DNA from: a virus
Strand: one strand, 5' to 3'
Length of the DNA: 64,000 nucleotides
IMG/VR virus record: IMGVR_UViG_3300042516_003202
Part shown: positions 9,554 to 19,759 of the stretch, one piece after another
Numbering within the stretch: the first letter of the stretch is position 1
Layout: every line of letters starts with the position of its first letter
The notes under the pieces: generated by a model
The model's input: the letters and a program-made list of their open reading frames with translations, nothing else
The model's database searches: none
Told to the model about the DNA's origin: nothing
Made by a program: the position numbers and the translations under genes

Positions 9554-10588
9554 TTACTCTACTTCGCAAGCTTGCTTGTATAAATCTTCAAAGATTCCTT
9601 TAACAATTGTTTTATCAAATTCAAATTCAGATTCTTCAATATAACGATTTAGAATTGAAATTGTACTTTCTTCTTCATCAATTGCAAAATTTTCGTTCTC
9701 AATGATATCAAAGTTTTCTACAATTTTTAATTCTTGAATTTTTGCAGAATAAAGTTTATCAATAAACTTTTCAAAATCTTTTGGTTTAGATTTTTTACGT
9801 ACAATCACCTTAACAATTTTGTTTTCATACTCGGTTGCATCAAACAATTGATAAGGAGTATCCTCATAATAAATGTTATAAAATAATTTATAAGGATTGT
9901 TAATTGGAGTGTGAGTGAGGGTTTCCGTATCAAAAATATGAAATCCTCGCGTATCGTTTACATCTGTCCAATACATTTCATAAGGATTACCTAGATAGAA
10001 AATTTTTCCATTGTCCGATCTAGTGTGATAGTGTCCAGAGTAGACACGTTTGAAGTTCTCAAATAGTTTGCTGTCCAAACCATGTTCCATGACGAGTTGT
10101 CGATTAACTCTAAATCCTTGGAACTCAAGGTGCCCCATCGCAACCTTGCTAGATGTCTTTTGAATAAGTTTAAAAGTAGACGTTTCATTTTCTTGATTAA
10201 TCCAAGGTATCAATAAAATATTCAAACCACCAATATTAACTTCTGTAGGATCACTATAAGTTTTAATATTTGGATAAGTTTGAAGAAGAAGTTCTGGAGA
10301 GTTTACACTATTAGTGTTTTTATAATAAGTATCATGATTACCAATAATCATGTGAACATCATATTTTTTAAGAGGTTCAAAAACCACACGCTTTGCCCAT
10401 TCAAGACTTTGATAATCAATTGACTTGCGACTATCAAAGGCATCACCCATATGAATGACTGCTTCTATGTTGTGTTCTTTTAATGCTGGAAAGAAAACGT
10501 TTTTATAGAAAAGTTCAAAATAATCATGAAGATATTTTGAACCCTTTCTAGCACCATAATGAGTATCAGTAATGATAGCAACCTTCAT
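9554..10588 (-). CDS. gp47: Recombination endonuclease subunit, SbcD/Mre11-like
   Basis: DTHYG, MGDAFD, GNHD and SGHYH phosphoesterase motifs. Confidence 0.95.
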   Translation of the reverse strand: MKVAIITDTHYGARKGSKYLHDYFELFYKNVFFPALKEHNIEAVIHMGDAFDSRKSIDYQSLEWAKRVVFEPLKKYDVHMIIGNHDTYYKNTNSVNSPELLLQTYPNIKTYSDPTEVNIGGLNILLIPWINQENETSTFKLIQKTSSKVAMGHLEFQGFRVNRQLVMEHGLDSKLFENFKRVYSGHYHTRSDNGKIFYLGNPYEMYWTDVNDTRGFHIFDTETLTHTPINNPYKLFYNIYYEDTPYQLFDATEYENKIVKVIVRKKSKPKDFEKFIDKLYSAKIQELKIVENFDIIENENFAIDEEESTISILNRYIEESEFEFDKTIVKGIFEDLYKQACEVE

Positions 10589-11100
10589 CGGTTTCTGTAT
10601 TGAATATTGTCCTTGATCGTATTATAGTCGCTACTGCTTCCAAAAAGCAAGCCATCATCAACCATCATCACCTCATCAAATCCACTTCTTTCAATAATTT
10701 TATTCTTTATTTCTAGTTGCTTCTTTTCTTTTTGAATTCTCCTCAAAAAAGCATAGTGAATAATTTGAGTAAAATATGCAAATGGGTTGGTGCTTTTTTC
10801 GGGATCAAAATTATGAATATACTGTACACAATTTTCAATGCCATCAGATATCATATCTTCCCTAAACATGTAATTGACAAAATTAGGTTTATACGACAAG
10901 TGAGTTGCGATTTTTAAAAAGCAATCTCCAAGATAATTTGGAATAGGAGGTTTTCCTTGCCAATGCTTTGATCGGTCTTCTTTAGTCGGTCTCCTAGAAT
11001 TTTTACTCAAAAAATCCAATTCTACCTTTTCCCTGTAAACAATTAATGCTTCTAATAAATCCTTATTGTTTACATAATGTTCTGATTTTTTCTTTGGCAT
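10585..11100 (-). CDS. gp55: Late-transcription sigma factor
   Basis: HYVNNKDLL, NYMFREDMISDGIENC, NPFAYFTQIIHYAFLRRI. Confidence 0.95.
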   Translation of the reverse strand: MPKKKSEHYVNNKDLLEALIVYREKVELDFLSKNSRRPTKEDRSKHWQGKPPIPNYLGDCFLKIATHLSYKPNFVNYMFREDMISDGIENCVQYIHNFDPEKSTNPFAYFTQIIHYAFLRRIQKEKKQLEIKNKIIERSGFDEVMMVDDGLLFGSSSDYNTIKDNIQYRNR

Positions 11101-11134
11101 AGCATTGGAATTTAATACAATAAAATATTTTTAT

Positions 11135-11143
11135 ATTATAACA
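11135..11143 (-). promoter_or_regulatory. Extended -10 promoter TGnTATAAT for gp55
   Basis: Minus strand tgttataat about 35 nt upstream of the gp55 ATG. Confidence 0.6.
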
Positions 11144-11167
11144 CAGATTACCATATTATTCCTAGAC

Positions 11168-11196
11168 TTGACAGCAGTTAAAAATACCAGTAGAAT
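11168..11196 (+). promoter_or_regulatory. Near-consensus sigma70 promoter on the opposite (+) strand, TTGACA-17-TAGAAT
   Basis: ttgaca 11168-11173, tagaat 11191-11196. Confidence 0.7.
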
Positions 11197-11223
11197 ACCT
11201 TTGTTAGGGTTGAAGGATGAGAT

Positions 11224-11628
11224 TTAGCTTTCTTTAATATCATTATAAATTTCTTCTAGCTTCTTTCTAGCTTCTTCAACAGATGAAACATATCCCATTT
11301 TTTTAGATAACTTAATTTTATTACCATTAGTATTAAATTCTGTTTCATCTTCATTAATATAATTTTCATAAATTGATATTATCTTTTCATCTGTTGTTTC
11401 AGTCATAGTTATAACCTTATCTAATTTTATGAAAAATATACTTTCTGAGGTTAATTCTATCCAAGGTTTTACTTTTACGTAAGTTTCTCCATTATTACTC
11501 AATAATTTTATTACAATTGGGTTTTGTAATACTATGAGAGGATCTCCATCGTTTTCGTCCACCATTATTAAAGATAAAATTTCTTCACCAGAAACTAATT
11601 TTATTATTGCGTAAAATTCATCTCCCAT
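11224..11628 (-). CDS. Conserved cyanophage hypothetical protein (Sm-like N-terminus)
   Basis: IIKLVSGEEIL...KPWI motif; usual position after uvsW. Confidence 0.75.
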   Translation of the reverse strand: MGDEFYAIIKLVSGEEILSLIMVDENDGDPLIVLQNPIVIKLLSNNGETYVKVKPWIELTSESIFFIKLDKVITMTETTDEKIISIYENYINEDETEFNTNGNKIKLSKKMGYVSSVEEARKKLEEIYNDIKES

Positions 11629-13091
11629 TAGTTTTTAATCGGTATGTTTACAATATCGTAATTAAAATTTTCTTCATTATAAATTTTTATTCTTTCAATT
11701 AAATGATTAAGAGTATAATTTTTTCTTGATTTATAACTGATATCATCGGCAATATCATATAAAGTTGCTTTTACTTTGTTGTTACCTTTTCGCAGTACTC
11801 TTCCGATTGATTGTAAATTACGGATTCTAGACTTTGAAGGTGAAGCAAAAATAACGTTATGTAAATTCTTAATGTTAATTCCTGTACTAAACGTTCCGTA
11901 TGACGCCACAATGATCGCATCATTTTCTTTTTCAGTAATTTCTCTAACTTTTTCTCTATCTTCAGTATCCACTCCACCATGAACGAAAAAAACGTGTCGA
12001 TGATCAGATTTGCTATTATTTATGAGATCGTACAAAGGTTGACCATGACCTTCGACTCTGGAGAATAGAATTAAAGTATTCCCTTTAAGATCAAGAGCAA
12101 GATTGCGAATAAACTTATTGCGTTTTTCGTGATTGATGATATATTGAACTTCATCTTCAAAAGTTTCAAATTTATTGGGTGGATGTTTCAGTAAAAGGAT
12201 GTTAATATCGAGTTTTGCAACATGACCCTTCTGCATCAACTCATCAGTACGGATAATCTTATAAGAAGGACCGAATAAACCTTCTAGAACCCACTTGTGA
12301 GTTTGTGAACCATCTAATGTACCAGTAAATCCAAAACGATATTTTGCATCAGAAAGTTTTGTCATTATAGATACTAATGACTTAGACTTGAACTGGTGTG
12401 CCTCATCTCCTACAACCACATTAAATCTTGAGAAATATTGACGAGGAAGTTTGTAGATGGACTGCCAGGTTGTAATGATCACCTGAGAGTCTGTTTCTCT
12501 TTCTTTTCCAGCATATATTTTGTGGCAGTATGAACCCACATCCCATCCATAATCTGCAAAGTCTTTATACATCTGCTCTACAAGGGATGTCGTCGGAACG
12601 ACTATCAGAGTATTTTGTCCTTTCTCAACGTAATATCTCACAATTGAGTATATCATCAACGACTTTCCAGAAGCAGTTGGAGATATCAGCAACTTTCTAT
12701 TATGTTTTAAAGCGTCGTATACTCCCTCAACTTGGTATTCGCGGGGGGAATACTTACAGATAGAGTTCATATAATCTTTAACACCTTCTTTTGAGATGCT
12801 TTTGTTTACCTCAAAAGGAAGACCATAGAACTTGTTGTCGACAAATTCATAAGTGTATTCGTGATTTTCACAAAATCTTATAAGTTTATCCAATAAACCA
12901 ACATAAATCTCACCAGTTTGTGTATTGAATAAACGAATTTTTCCATCCCAGTACTTGTTGCGAAACTGGGGCATAAATTTTGCTCCTGGCACATCAAAAG
13001 TAAATTGATCTGCTAGTTCATAATAAATGTGAGGTTCTGCTTTTACCTGTAGATTGACCTCATTCTTTTTGGAAATTATCAAATGGGACAT
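11628..13091 (-). CDS. uvsW: SF2 RNA-DNA/DNA helicase UvsW
   Basis: SPTASGKS, GDEAHQF, FTGTL, STGINIKNL, LQSIGRVLR. Confidence 0.95.
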   Translation of the reverse strand: MSHLIISKKNEVNLQVKAEPHIYYELADQFTFDVPGAKFMPQFRNKYWDGKIRLFNTQTGEIYVGLLDKLIRFCENHEYTYEFVDNKFYGLPFEVNKSISKEGVKDYMNSICKYSPREYQVEGVYDALKHNRKLLISPTASGKSLMIYSIVRYYVEKGQNTLIVVPTTSLVEQMYKDFADYGWDVGSYCHKIYAGKERETDSQVIITTWQSIYKLPRQYFSRFNVVVGDEAHQFKSKSLVSIMTKLSDAKYRFGFTGTLDGSQTHKWVLEGLFGPSYKIIRTDELMQKGHVAKLDINILLLKHPPNKFETFEDEVQYIINHEKRNKFIRNLALDLKGNTLILFSRVEGHGQPLYDLINNSKSDHRHVFFVHGGVDTEDREKVREITEKENDAIIVASYGTFSTGINIKNLHNVIFASPSKSRIRNLQSIGRVLRKGNNKVKATLYDIADDISYKSRKNYTLNHLIERIKIYNEENFNYDIVNIPIKN

Positions 13092-13125
13092 ATACTCATA
13101 ATATTACATATGAGTATTTATTATC

Positions 13126-13557
13126 TTAATTAAATCCTGCTTGGAAGCGATGCCATTCAATTGCATTTTTAATTTGAAAAGTTCGGTTGGAAATATTTTT
13201 AATTATTTCTTCAAGAAACTTTAACATAACATCGTAGTATCTGATTTTAATATCAATTTTAGACAACCGCTCATCTGCCTCCATATGCCTCTGTAAGGCA
13301 TCTTTATCTCTAACCTTATACGGAAATGGTTCTTCTACGTAAACTTCTGCTGGTGCCTTTCCTGTGTAGTAGTTGTAGCGTTCAAGTTTTACCTTACTGT
13401 AAGTATCTCTTGCTTTTTCTCTCAATAAAGTAATTGTATTGTATATTGTATAATATTTCGAATGTAATTGTGGAATCTTTAAAGATTCATCATGCAAATT
13501 GTCAGGATCAATTACAGAATCTCTTTGCCACATTTCCTGAATTTCATCAAGGTTCAT
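13126..13557 (-). CDS. uvsY: Recombination mediator UvsY
   Basis: DSVIDPDNL...LHSKY, IKNAIEW; synteny. Confidence 0.9.
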   Translation of the reverse strand: MNLDEIQEMWQRDSVIDPDNLHDESLKIPQLHSKYYTIYNTITLLREKARDTYSKVKLERYNYYTGKAPAEVYVEEPFPYKVRDKDALQRHMEADERLSKIDIKIRYYDVMLKFLEEIIKNISNRTFQIKNAIEWHRFQAGFN

Positions 13558-14099
13558 AATGGTTGATCATTTTTATCTACTATATCATAAATTGTGTACT
13601 TAAAGGACACTTCTGCGGTAAAATAAGTTATATCGGTGTCTGTTGCTTCAAATTCTAATGATGATAAAGATGTTGGAAATAAATTTTTAAATATTACTTT
13701 TGCAGTAGGTTTATAATTGCTACCTAATATTTGAACAGTACCATCACTAAATTGTAACTTTTCATCTTTTAAACCATCTTCATCAGTAATTAACTTTGAA
13801 AATTGATCCGTTGTTTTTGGAAATCCTAATCCAGTAATCCAATTATGAATTGCCATGTAATTTTCTAAATTTTCATCAACCAAAAATCTTAAATAAAAAT
13901 CACCGTATTCAATTTTATCCCCAGGAACATCAATATTTTTTAAGTATGTTGGTTGAACTGCCAATCCTAAAGTTATTTCTGGAATTCTTAAAGCGTTTGA
14001 AAAAAAACTAACTTTAGGTTTTTTTGCTAAAGTAAATTTAAATCCTATTGGAGATAAAAAATTTCTATTTTGTATTTGATTATCAAAAACGTTGGCCAT
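13554..14099 (-). CDS. gp3: Tail completion/tube terminator protein
   Basis: NRNFLSPIGFKF, PGDKIEYGDF, RFLVDENLENY; downstream of gp23. Confidence 0.85.
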   Translation of the reverse strand: MANVFDNQIQNRNFLSPIGFKFTLAKKPKVSFFSNALRIPEITLGLAVQPTYLKNIDVPGDKIEYGDFYLRFLVDENLENYMAIHNWITGLGFPKTTDQFSKLITDEDGLKDEKLQFSDGTVQILGSNYKPTAKVIFKNLFPTSLSSLEFEATDTDITYFTAEVSFKYTIYDIVDKNDQPL

Positions 14100-14118
14100 T
14101 TTTTATTTTTATTTAGAT

Positions 14119-14144
14119 AAAAAAAGAGGGTCCGAAGACCCTCT
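14119..14144 (-). terminator. Rho-independent terminator after gp23 (UUCG tetraloop)
   Basis: Minus strand agagggtc-TTCG-gaccctct-ttttttt. Confidence 0.9.
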
Positions 14145-14164
14145 GGATTAAGTTGTGAACTGAA

Positions 14165-15598
14165 TCACATAAGGTTTTGAACTTGTACTCTTCTGTAATA
14201 GCGGTTGCTGTTAACAGTAAGTCTACCAAGACCCGCAGTGGTTCCTTCAGCAAATGGGTTAGCAACAAGACCATAGCGGGTCTTAAAGCCGATCTTAGGC
14301 TGGAAGGTGTTCTCACCAACGGCACGAACCATTTGGAGAGGAACATATGGGCAGTAGAAGAGACCTGCGTCATAAGGTGAAGTACCCTTATAACCAACAA
14401 CGTAGTACTGACCACCAGAAGCATTAACGTTTGAACCACCCGAATAAGGATCGATATAAACACGATACTTACCTTGGAGAACACCAGCGAAGGTGTTACC
14501 AGTGTCATCAACCTGGAGGTTGGCGTTAAGTGCAGGGGTGTAATCAAGTACACCTGCCATGGTGAGTGCCGAAGCAACGTCAGCCGAGCAGAGGATCATG
14601 TTACCCTTTCCTCTACGGGTTTCTACTGCGATTGCGTTTGCATCACGCTCGATCTGGAAGATGAGACCCTTGAACTTCTCAACCGACCAACGACCGTTGG
14701 AGTCAACATCAAGGTCAAACTTACCAGCGGTAGCAACGTTGTGCTGAGCACCAGATTTAGCAACCTTGTAGATTGTTCTGATAACTTCGCGGTTGATTTC
14801 AGCAAGAATTTCGCTAGAAAGAATATTAGCGAGTTCTGCTTCTGCGTTCAGACCGTGGATTGCCTTGAGGTCTTGGGCGAGTTCCAGTGAATACTCGGCC
14901 TTGAGTGCTCTTGACTTTGCAGTAACAGTGACCTTCTCAATTGAGAAGCCCATCTGATTGAACTGCGCACCACCGCTTTCACCTAAAGATTCTGAATCTT
15001 CGGTGTCCATACCACGACCAACTGTATAGTCGGCCTGAGTGGTGTTGGAATCTGGGCTGAGAAGACCTGGATTAGTTCCTCCCTGAGCAGCAGTAGTGCC
15101 GAAACCAACAGATCCACCACTGGAGTTAGCTACGTAACCTGAACCTAAACCACTTTCTGCACGAGTACTACCCTGTGCGGAGAATGCAGTGTCAGCTTCG
15201 TTGAAGAACGCTTCATCGTTACTGGTTCCAGGACCATTGTATCTTGAGCGCATTGCGAAGATAAGACCAGTAGGTCCATTCATTGGTTGAACACCAGCGA
15301 GGTCATAAGCGACCAAGTTTGGCATTGAACGGCGAATGAGAGAAATTAGAACAGGATCGAAACCTGCAACAGGAGAAGATGCATTAGCACTAAAACCTGC
15401 AGTTGCACCAGATGAACCAGTGTTCATTGTTGGTGACTCGGAAAGAAACTCGCGCTCTTCACGAAGTGTCTTTTCTTGGTTTTCTAGCAGGATTGCAGTT
15501 ACGGCTCTACGATGCGAATCTTTGATCGGATCCATACCTTGATAGTCAAGGATGGGAGCCCACTTCTCCTGCAATAGTTCTGTGTTGAACCCTTGCAT
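14165..15598 (-). CDS. gp23: Major capsid protein
   Basis: LQEKWAPILD, GVQPMNGPTGLIFAMR, KSRALKAEYSLELAQDLKAIHG, FQPKIGFKTRYG. Confidence 0.98.
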   Translation of the reverse strand: MQGFNTELLQEKWAPILDYQGMDPIKDSHRRAVTAILLENQEKTLREEREFLSESPTMNTGSSGATAGFSANASSPVAGFDPVLISLIRRSMPNLVAYDLAGVQPMNGPTGLIFAMRSRYNGPGTSNDEAFFNEADTAFSAQGSTRAESGLGSGYVANSSGGSVGFGTTAAQGGTNPGLLSPDSNTTQADYTVGRGMDTEDSESLGESGGAQFNQMGFSIEKVTVTAKSRALKAEYSLELAQDLKAIHGLNAEAELANILSSEILAEINREVIRTIYKVAKSGAQHNVATAGKFDLDVDSNGRWSVEKFKGLIFQIERDANAIAVETRRGKGNMILCSADVASALTMAGVLDYTPALNANLQVDDTGNTFAGVLQGKYRVYIDPYSGGSNVNASGGQYYVVGYKGTSPYDAGLFYCPYVPLQMVRAVGENTFQPKIGFKTRYGLVANPFAEGTTAGLGRLTVNSNRYYRRVQVQNLM

Positions 15599-15649
15599 TG
15601 TTTTTACCTCTTTTTAAAATTGTTAGTTTGAATTTTTATGATTTAAAAA

Positions 15650-16864
15650 TCACTTTTTGGCAACTCTGCCAAGAGTCTGAAGATATGCTTCCATAATCCC
15701 ACCTACTTGTGGTTGGGCAAGTTGCACATCTGTGCTTTCAGACAAGGTCTCAGAGTCATCTCTTTGAGCACTAGAAACTCTTGACGAGAAATAAGATTCT
15801 CTTAAAGTAACTAGTTTCTCACGATAGTTTGCTTCACTTTCAAACTCAACATTTTCAGCAAGAGAAGCGAGTTTATCCTTCTGAGAAAGTGCGAGACCCT
15901 CAGATACTTCTGCAAAAATTACATCTGCAACTGACTCTGCTAATCTTTTCTTTAGAGCAACGTTTCTTTCGATTTGCTCGTTGAGTTTTGTTTCCATTTC
16001 ATCAAGTTTATCTACCATACTCTCGATTACATCATATTTATCTTCAGGGATTGATACATAATGATCTTCAAAAAGACCTCTCATACCTTGTAGGAATGAT
16101 TCGGTCATCTCAGTCTTAAGACCGTGCTCAACTGCAAGCTTATTTTCTTGCAACCATTCTTCAGCAACATACTCAAGATAAGCATCTACACGGTCAGTAA
16201 GTTCAGATTTAATTTCCTGAACTTCTTCAATTAGAGCTTCTTCATAAGCACTTCTAATATCTTCTTTAATTTCTAAAACTTTTGATCTAATCGCAGCTTC
16301 AAAAATAACACGTGCTTTTTCTTGGAACTCTTCCGAAAGATCTTCACCTTCCAGAAGAGCTCTGACATCTTCTTCGATGTCAATTTCTTCTTCTACTTCT
16401 TCGTCTTCTTCTACATCTTCATCGTCTTCTTCGACTTCTTCCTTCACTTCTTCGTCTTCATCTTCATTCTTCTTTTTCTTTTTAGAAGAATTTCCATTTT
16501 GATCTTCATCCTCATCTTCATCATCTTCACTCTCTTCCGCTTCAGAAATCAGATCTTCATCGTCTGCTTCAATCTCTTCGCCATAGCTAGCTTTCTTGCC
16601 AACAATTGCTGCAGGCATAGGATCTGCACCTTTAGCACCTTTGTTGACAACATTTTTTACTTGCGCCAAAGGAGATGATGCATCCTTTAGTTTTGCTGAA
16701 TCATCGTCTGAGCGATAATTTTCTGGAGTAGGACCACCTAAATCTTCCCAACTACCTGTTTGACCATCGGGGATACCCTTGGTTAACTTAGGCATTGGTT
16801 CAGCAGGTTTTGCTCCTTTGGTTACTACGTTTTCCATTTCTTGTAAATTTCTACCAACGGACAT
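15650..16864 (-). CDS. gp22: Prohead core scaffold protein with long acidic tract
   Basis: LSEEFQEKARVIFEAAI, YLEYVAEEW; between gp21 and gp23. Confidence 0.93.
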   Translation of the reverse strand: MSVGRNLQEMENVVTKGAKPAEPMPKLTKGIPDGQTGSWEDLGGPTPENYRSDDDSAKLKDASSPLAQVKNVVNKGAKGADPMPAAIVGKKASYGEEIEADDEDLISEAEESEDDEDEDEDQNGNSSKKKKKNEDEDEEVKEEVEEDDEDVEEDEEVEEEIDIEEDVRALLEGEDLSEEFQEKARVIFEAAIRSKVLEIKEDIRSAYEEALIEEVQEIKSELTDRVDAYLEYVAEEWLQENKLAVEHGLKTEMTESFLQGMRGLFEDHYVSIPEDKYDVIESMVDKLDEMETKLNEQIERNVALKKRLAESVADVIFAEVSEGLALSQKDKLASLAENVEFESEANYREKLVTLRESYFSSRVSSAQRDDSETLSESTDVQLAQPQVGGIMEAYLQTLGRVAKK

Positions 16865-16905
16865 TTGTTTAGATTTCTGTTTATAATCTATATTTATTTA
16901 TTAAT

Positions 16906-17556
16906 TTATAAATTTGAGAGGAAATTCTGGAATAGATTGAGCTTATGCTCTTCAAGAATTTTCTGATCTGCAAGAGTATTAATTCTACGTCTTGTTTGTT
17001 CAGCGAGTCTTTCGCGGAGAATTCCACCTTCCCAAACCCATTCTTTACCTTCCATAATTCCCTGAACAAAAGCATCAGGAGCAGAAGGATCGGCAACAAT
17101 ATCTGCAGCAGTTGCTAACATAAAGTCTTCACCAACTACTTTATGACCTTCATTGGTCATTTTAAGAGATCCTACACCACGAGAAGAAACGCCGAGGCAA
17201 ACTCCTTCGCCAATAAGTGATTTTGCAATCTTACCCATAGGGGTTTCAAGAAGTTGTGCTTTACCATAAAAATTGGTTCCCTTTTGCTCAAGAGAAACAA
17301 TTTTATGAGAAACACGATCAAGATTTACAGTAGGACCATCTGGATGACCGAGTTCGCCAAGGGCACGACCTTTATTGATAAATGCTTCTGTATATCTCTT
17401 TACCTCGCGGGAAAGAGTTTCCATAGGATACATTCTTCCGTTACGATTACAAATATCACCTTGAAGGAAAATACCCTCAATATACATCTTTTTCTGAGTT
17501 CCTTTTCCCTCAGTAATGAATTTTACCTTCTGTACTTCTTCTGTGATAAGTTTCAT
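16906..17556 (-). CDS. gp21: Prohead protease
   Basis: NRNGRMYP, ALGELGHP, GVSSRGVGS, DIVADPSAPDA. Confidence 0.97.
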   Translation of the reverse strand: MKLITEEVQKVKFITEGKGTQKKMYIEGIFLQGDICNRNGRMYPMETLSREVKRYTEAFINKGRALGELGHPDGPTVNLDRVSHKIVSLEQKGTNFYGKAQLLETPMGKIAKSLIGEGVCLGVSSRGVGSLKMTNEGHKVVGEDFMLATAADIVADPSAPDAFVQGIMEGKEWVWEGGILRERLAEQTRRRINTLADQKILEEHKLNLFQNFLSNL

Positions 17557-17560
17557 TTTT

Positions 17561-17836
17561 CTAGTTTGTAAATCCTACTTTTGTTCCTTTTACTGCAGCA
17601 TTTGCCGCATATAATGTATATGTTGGGTTCTTTTCAAGTAATACTTCGGTTGAACCCATAAGAGTGAATGATCCTACGGTAGTTCCACCAGCAGTTTCTT
17701 GAAGTGTTACCAAATAATTACTACCAACAGCAGCAGTATTGACAAGACGAACAAGCGTTGCTTCGGAAAAACTAGTTCCAGCTCCGGCACTTGTTGGAAG
17801 TGCTGCTTCCTCTCCTTTAAGTAAAAGATTAGCCAT
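17561..17836 (-). CDS. Small hypothetical virion-associated protein
   Basis: 91-aa ORF within the head operon. Confidence 0.7.
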   Translation of the reverse strand: MANLLLKGEEAALPTSAGAGTSFSEATLVRLVNTAAVGSNYLVTLQETAGGTTVGSFTLMGSTEVLLEKNPTYTLYAANAAVKGTKVGFTN

Positions 17837-18003
17837 TACTCCTCCGTTTCCTCTGCGCTATTCGTATTGAATAAAGTGTTTGCAATATCTGGGCGAATCG
17901 AATTAATTCTTTCAGCGGACTTTGCAAAAAGAGTATCTTTAATTAAATCCGAAATATCAGCAGCACTAGAATCAGTCGCAATCAAATCGATAATTTTATC
18001 CAT
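17836..18003 (-). CDS. 55-aa prohead core protein-like (gp67/gp68 position)
   Basis: MDKIIDLIATDSSAADISDLIKDTLFAKSAERINSIRPDIANTLF...; TATAAATA at 18016-18023; TAATG overlap with next gene. Confidence 0.75.
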   Translation of the reverse strand: MDKIIDLIATDSSAADISDLIKDTLFAKSAERINSIRPDIANTLFNTNSAEETEE

Positions 18004-18031
18004 ACAAATTTAGTGTATTTATATCAATTAT

Positions 18032-19723
18032 TTATATTTGCGATTTTTTGGCGTCTTTTTGAGACTGTGCATTTGTAACTTTCGCTTGGGATTCGAGATC
18101 TGGTTCTTGTGGAACTTGTCCCATTAATCCAGGATCACCGCCCATTGGCAAAGGTTCTCCTGTAATTGGATCTACTGCATTTGGATCAGGAATAATACCT
18201 TCTTCAATTTCTTTTTTAATTTGCTGGTCTATTTCTACAATATCTGCATCAGTTTGACGAAGAACTTTTGTTCTAGCATATTGTGCAGAGAAATACTTTC
18301 CAATATAAGGTTCCATTACTGCCAAAAGATTTAATCTTTCAGTCATTAATTCAGTTTCTTTTAATTCTGAAAACTGATTATCATAAATGAAATCATATTG
18401 AATATGATCTGCCATTTTTTCCCAGTCTTCTGGGGTAACAATATTTTTTAAAATTAATTGTGTACGTAACATGTCAGTAAACATGTTGGCAAATCTTTTA
18501 CGCAATCTGCCAACAAACTTAGTGAACTTTAATTCGTCTCTTAAAATTTCTGAAGATCTACCTAAATTAAATCCACCATCATTTGCAATTCTAGACTCTG
18601 GGACACCAAGTGCTCGGTAAAGTTTTTTCTGGAAGTATTCAATGTCTGCAAGTTCTCCAAGATTTTGACCACCAGGAAGAGTAGTAATTTCTGTTCCTCT
18701 ACCACCTTCACGACGAGGTAGCCAAAAGTCCTCAAGCATACTCATGAACTTACGATCATCACGAATTTCTCCGTTATTTGAATCGTAAACCATTTTATTT
18801 CTATAACGATTCATAACATCACGAAGATATTGTTCTGCCTTTACTTTTGGTAAATTGCCAACATCAATATAAAAAATTCTGCGCTCTGGGGCACGTGATA
18901 ACCTATAAATGACAAGAGAATCCTCAATCATTCTCAATTGATTGAGAGCTTTAATTGATTTGTGTAAGTATGAAAGAACTGTTCCTTTATTTCTATCTAC
19001 TAGTCCAGATGTACAATAAGTAACTGTATCTTTTGCTATTTTAATACCTTTCTGTGCTCCAGAACTGGAAATCATACCAGTTGGATAATTTGGAGCAGGT
19101 GTGTATATAAAGTACTCTTCAATTTCTGGAGAATATACTTCTTTATCAGAATTTCTACCGTTCATCGGATTAATCATTTCGGCAGACATAGGAATTCTTG
19201 AATCCCCTTTCTTTTTTTCCTGCCTAACATGACGCATCTTCATTGGATCAACATATCTGATTTCTTTAATTCCATCAGATGCATTTTTTTGATCAATTAT
19301 TTTTAAGTAATAAAGTCTTCCATCAACGTACCAATTTCTAAAAATCTCATGGGCTTTTTTATCAAAGTCCATGATCTCTTTAATATATTTAAATTCTTCT
19401 CTTATTTTTTCTTTAACTTTATCACTTGCGTTTAAATTTGATAATTCTATTTCGACAGGAGAATCATATAAATCACTAACAATTGCTTCATTTACAACAT
19501 CTTCAATTGCGGCATCACACTCTGGGTGTAATGCCATTTCTCTATATCTTCTAATTAGATCGTTTTCAGTTCTAAAAACACCTTCAATATCTAAATATTG
19601 ACCATAAAATCCACTAGCAATATAATTATCAACCCCGTCCTCATTATTTTGAGGAACGGGGGAGACAATTTTAGATTTTTTATTATCAGGATCTTCAATA
19701 GAAAAACCAAAAAGTCTTGGCAT
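18032..19723 (-). CDS. gp20: Portal vertex protein
   Basis: WYVDGR, RAPERRIFYIDVGNLPK, EDFWLPRREGGRGTEI. Confidence 0.98.
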   Translation of the reverse strand: MPRLFGFSIEDPDNKKSKIVSPVPQNNEDGVDNYIASGFYGQYLDIEGVFRTENDLIRRYREMALHPECDAAIEDVVNEAIVSDLYDSPVEIELSNLNASDKVKEKIREEFKYIKEIMDFDKKAHEIFRNWYVDGRLYYLKIIDQKNASDGIKEIRYVDPMKMRHVRQEKKKGDSRIPMSAEMINPMNGRNSDKEVYSPEIEEYFIYTPAPNYPTGMISSSGAQKGIKIAKDTVTYCTSGLVDRNKGTVLSYLHKSIKALNQLRMIEDSLVIYRLSRAPERRIFYIDVGNLPKVKAEQYLRDVMNRYRNKMVYDSNNGEIRDDRKFMSMLEDFWLPRREGGRGTEITTLPGGQNLGELADIEYFQKKLYRALGVPESRIANDGGFNLGRSSEILRDELKFTKFVGRLRKRFANMFTDMLRTQLILKNIVTPEDWEKMADHIQYDFIYDNQFSELKETELMTERLNLLAVMEPYIGKYFSAQYARTKVLRQTDADIVEIDQQIKKEIEEGIIPDPNAVDPITGEPLPMGGDPGLMGQVPQEPDLESQAKVTNAQSQKDAKKSQI

Positions 19724-19759
19724 TGTATAAAATTAAAATGAACTTTGTATATCTATTTA

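Noticed and set aside
16322-16580. Acidic GAA/GAT-rich low-complexity tract
   Set aside because: Normal acidic region of the gp22 scaffold, not a separate repeat element.
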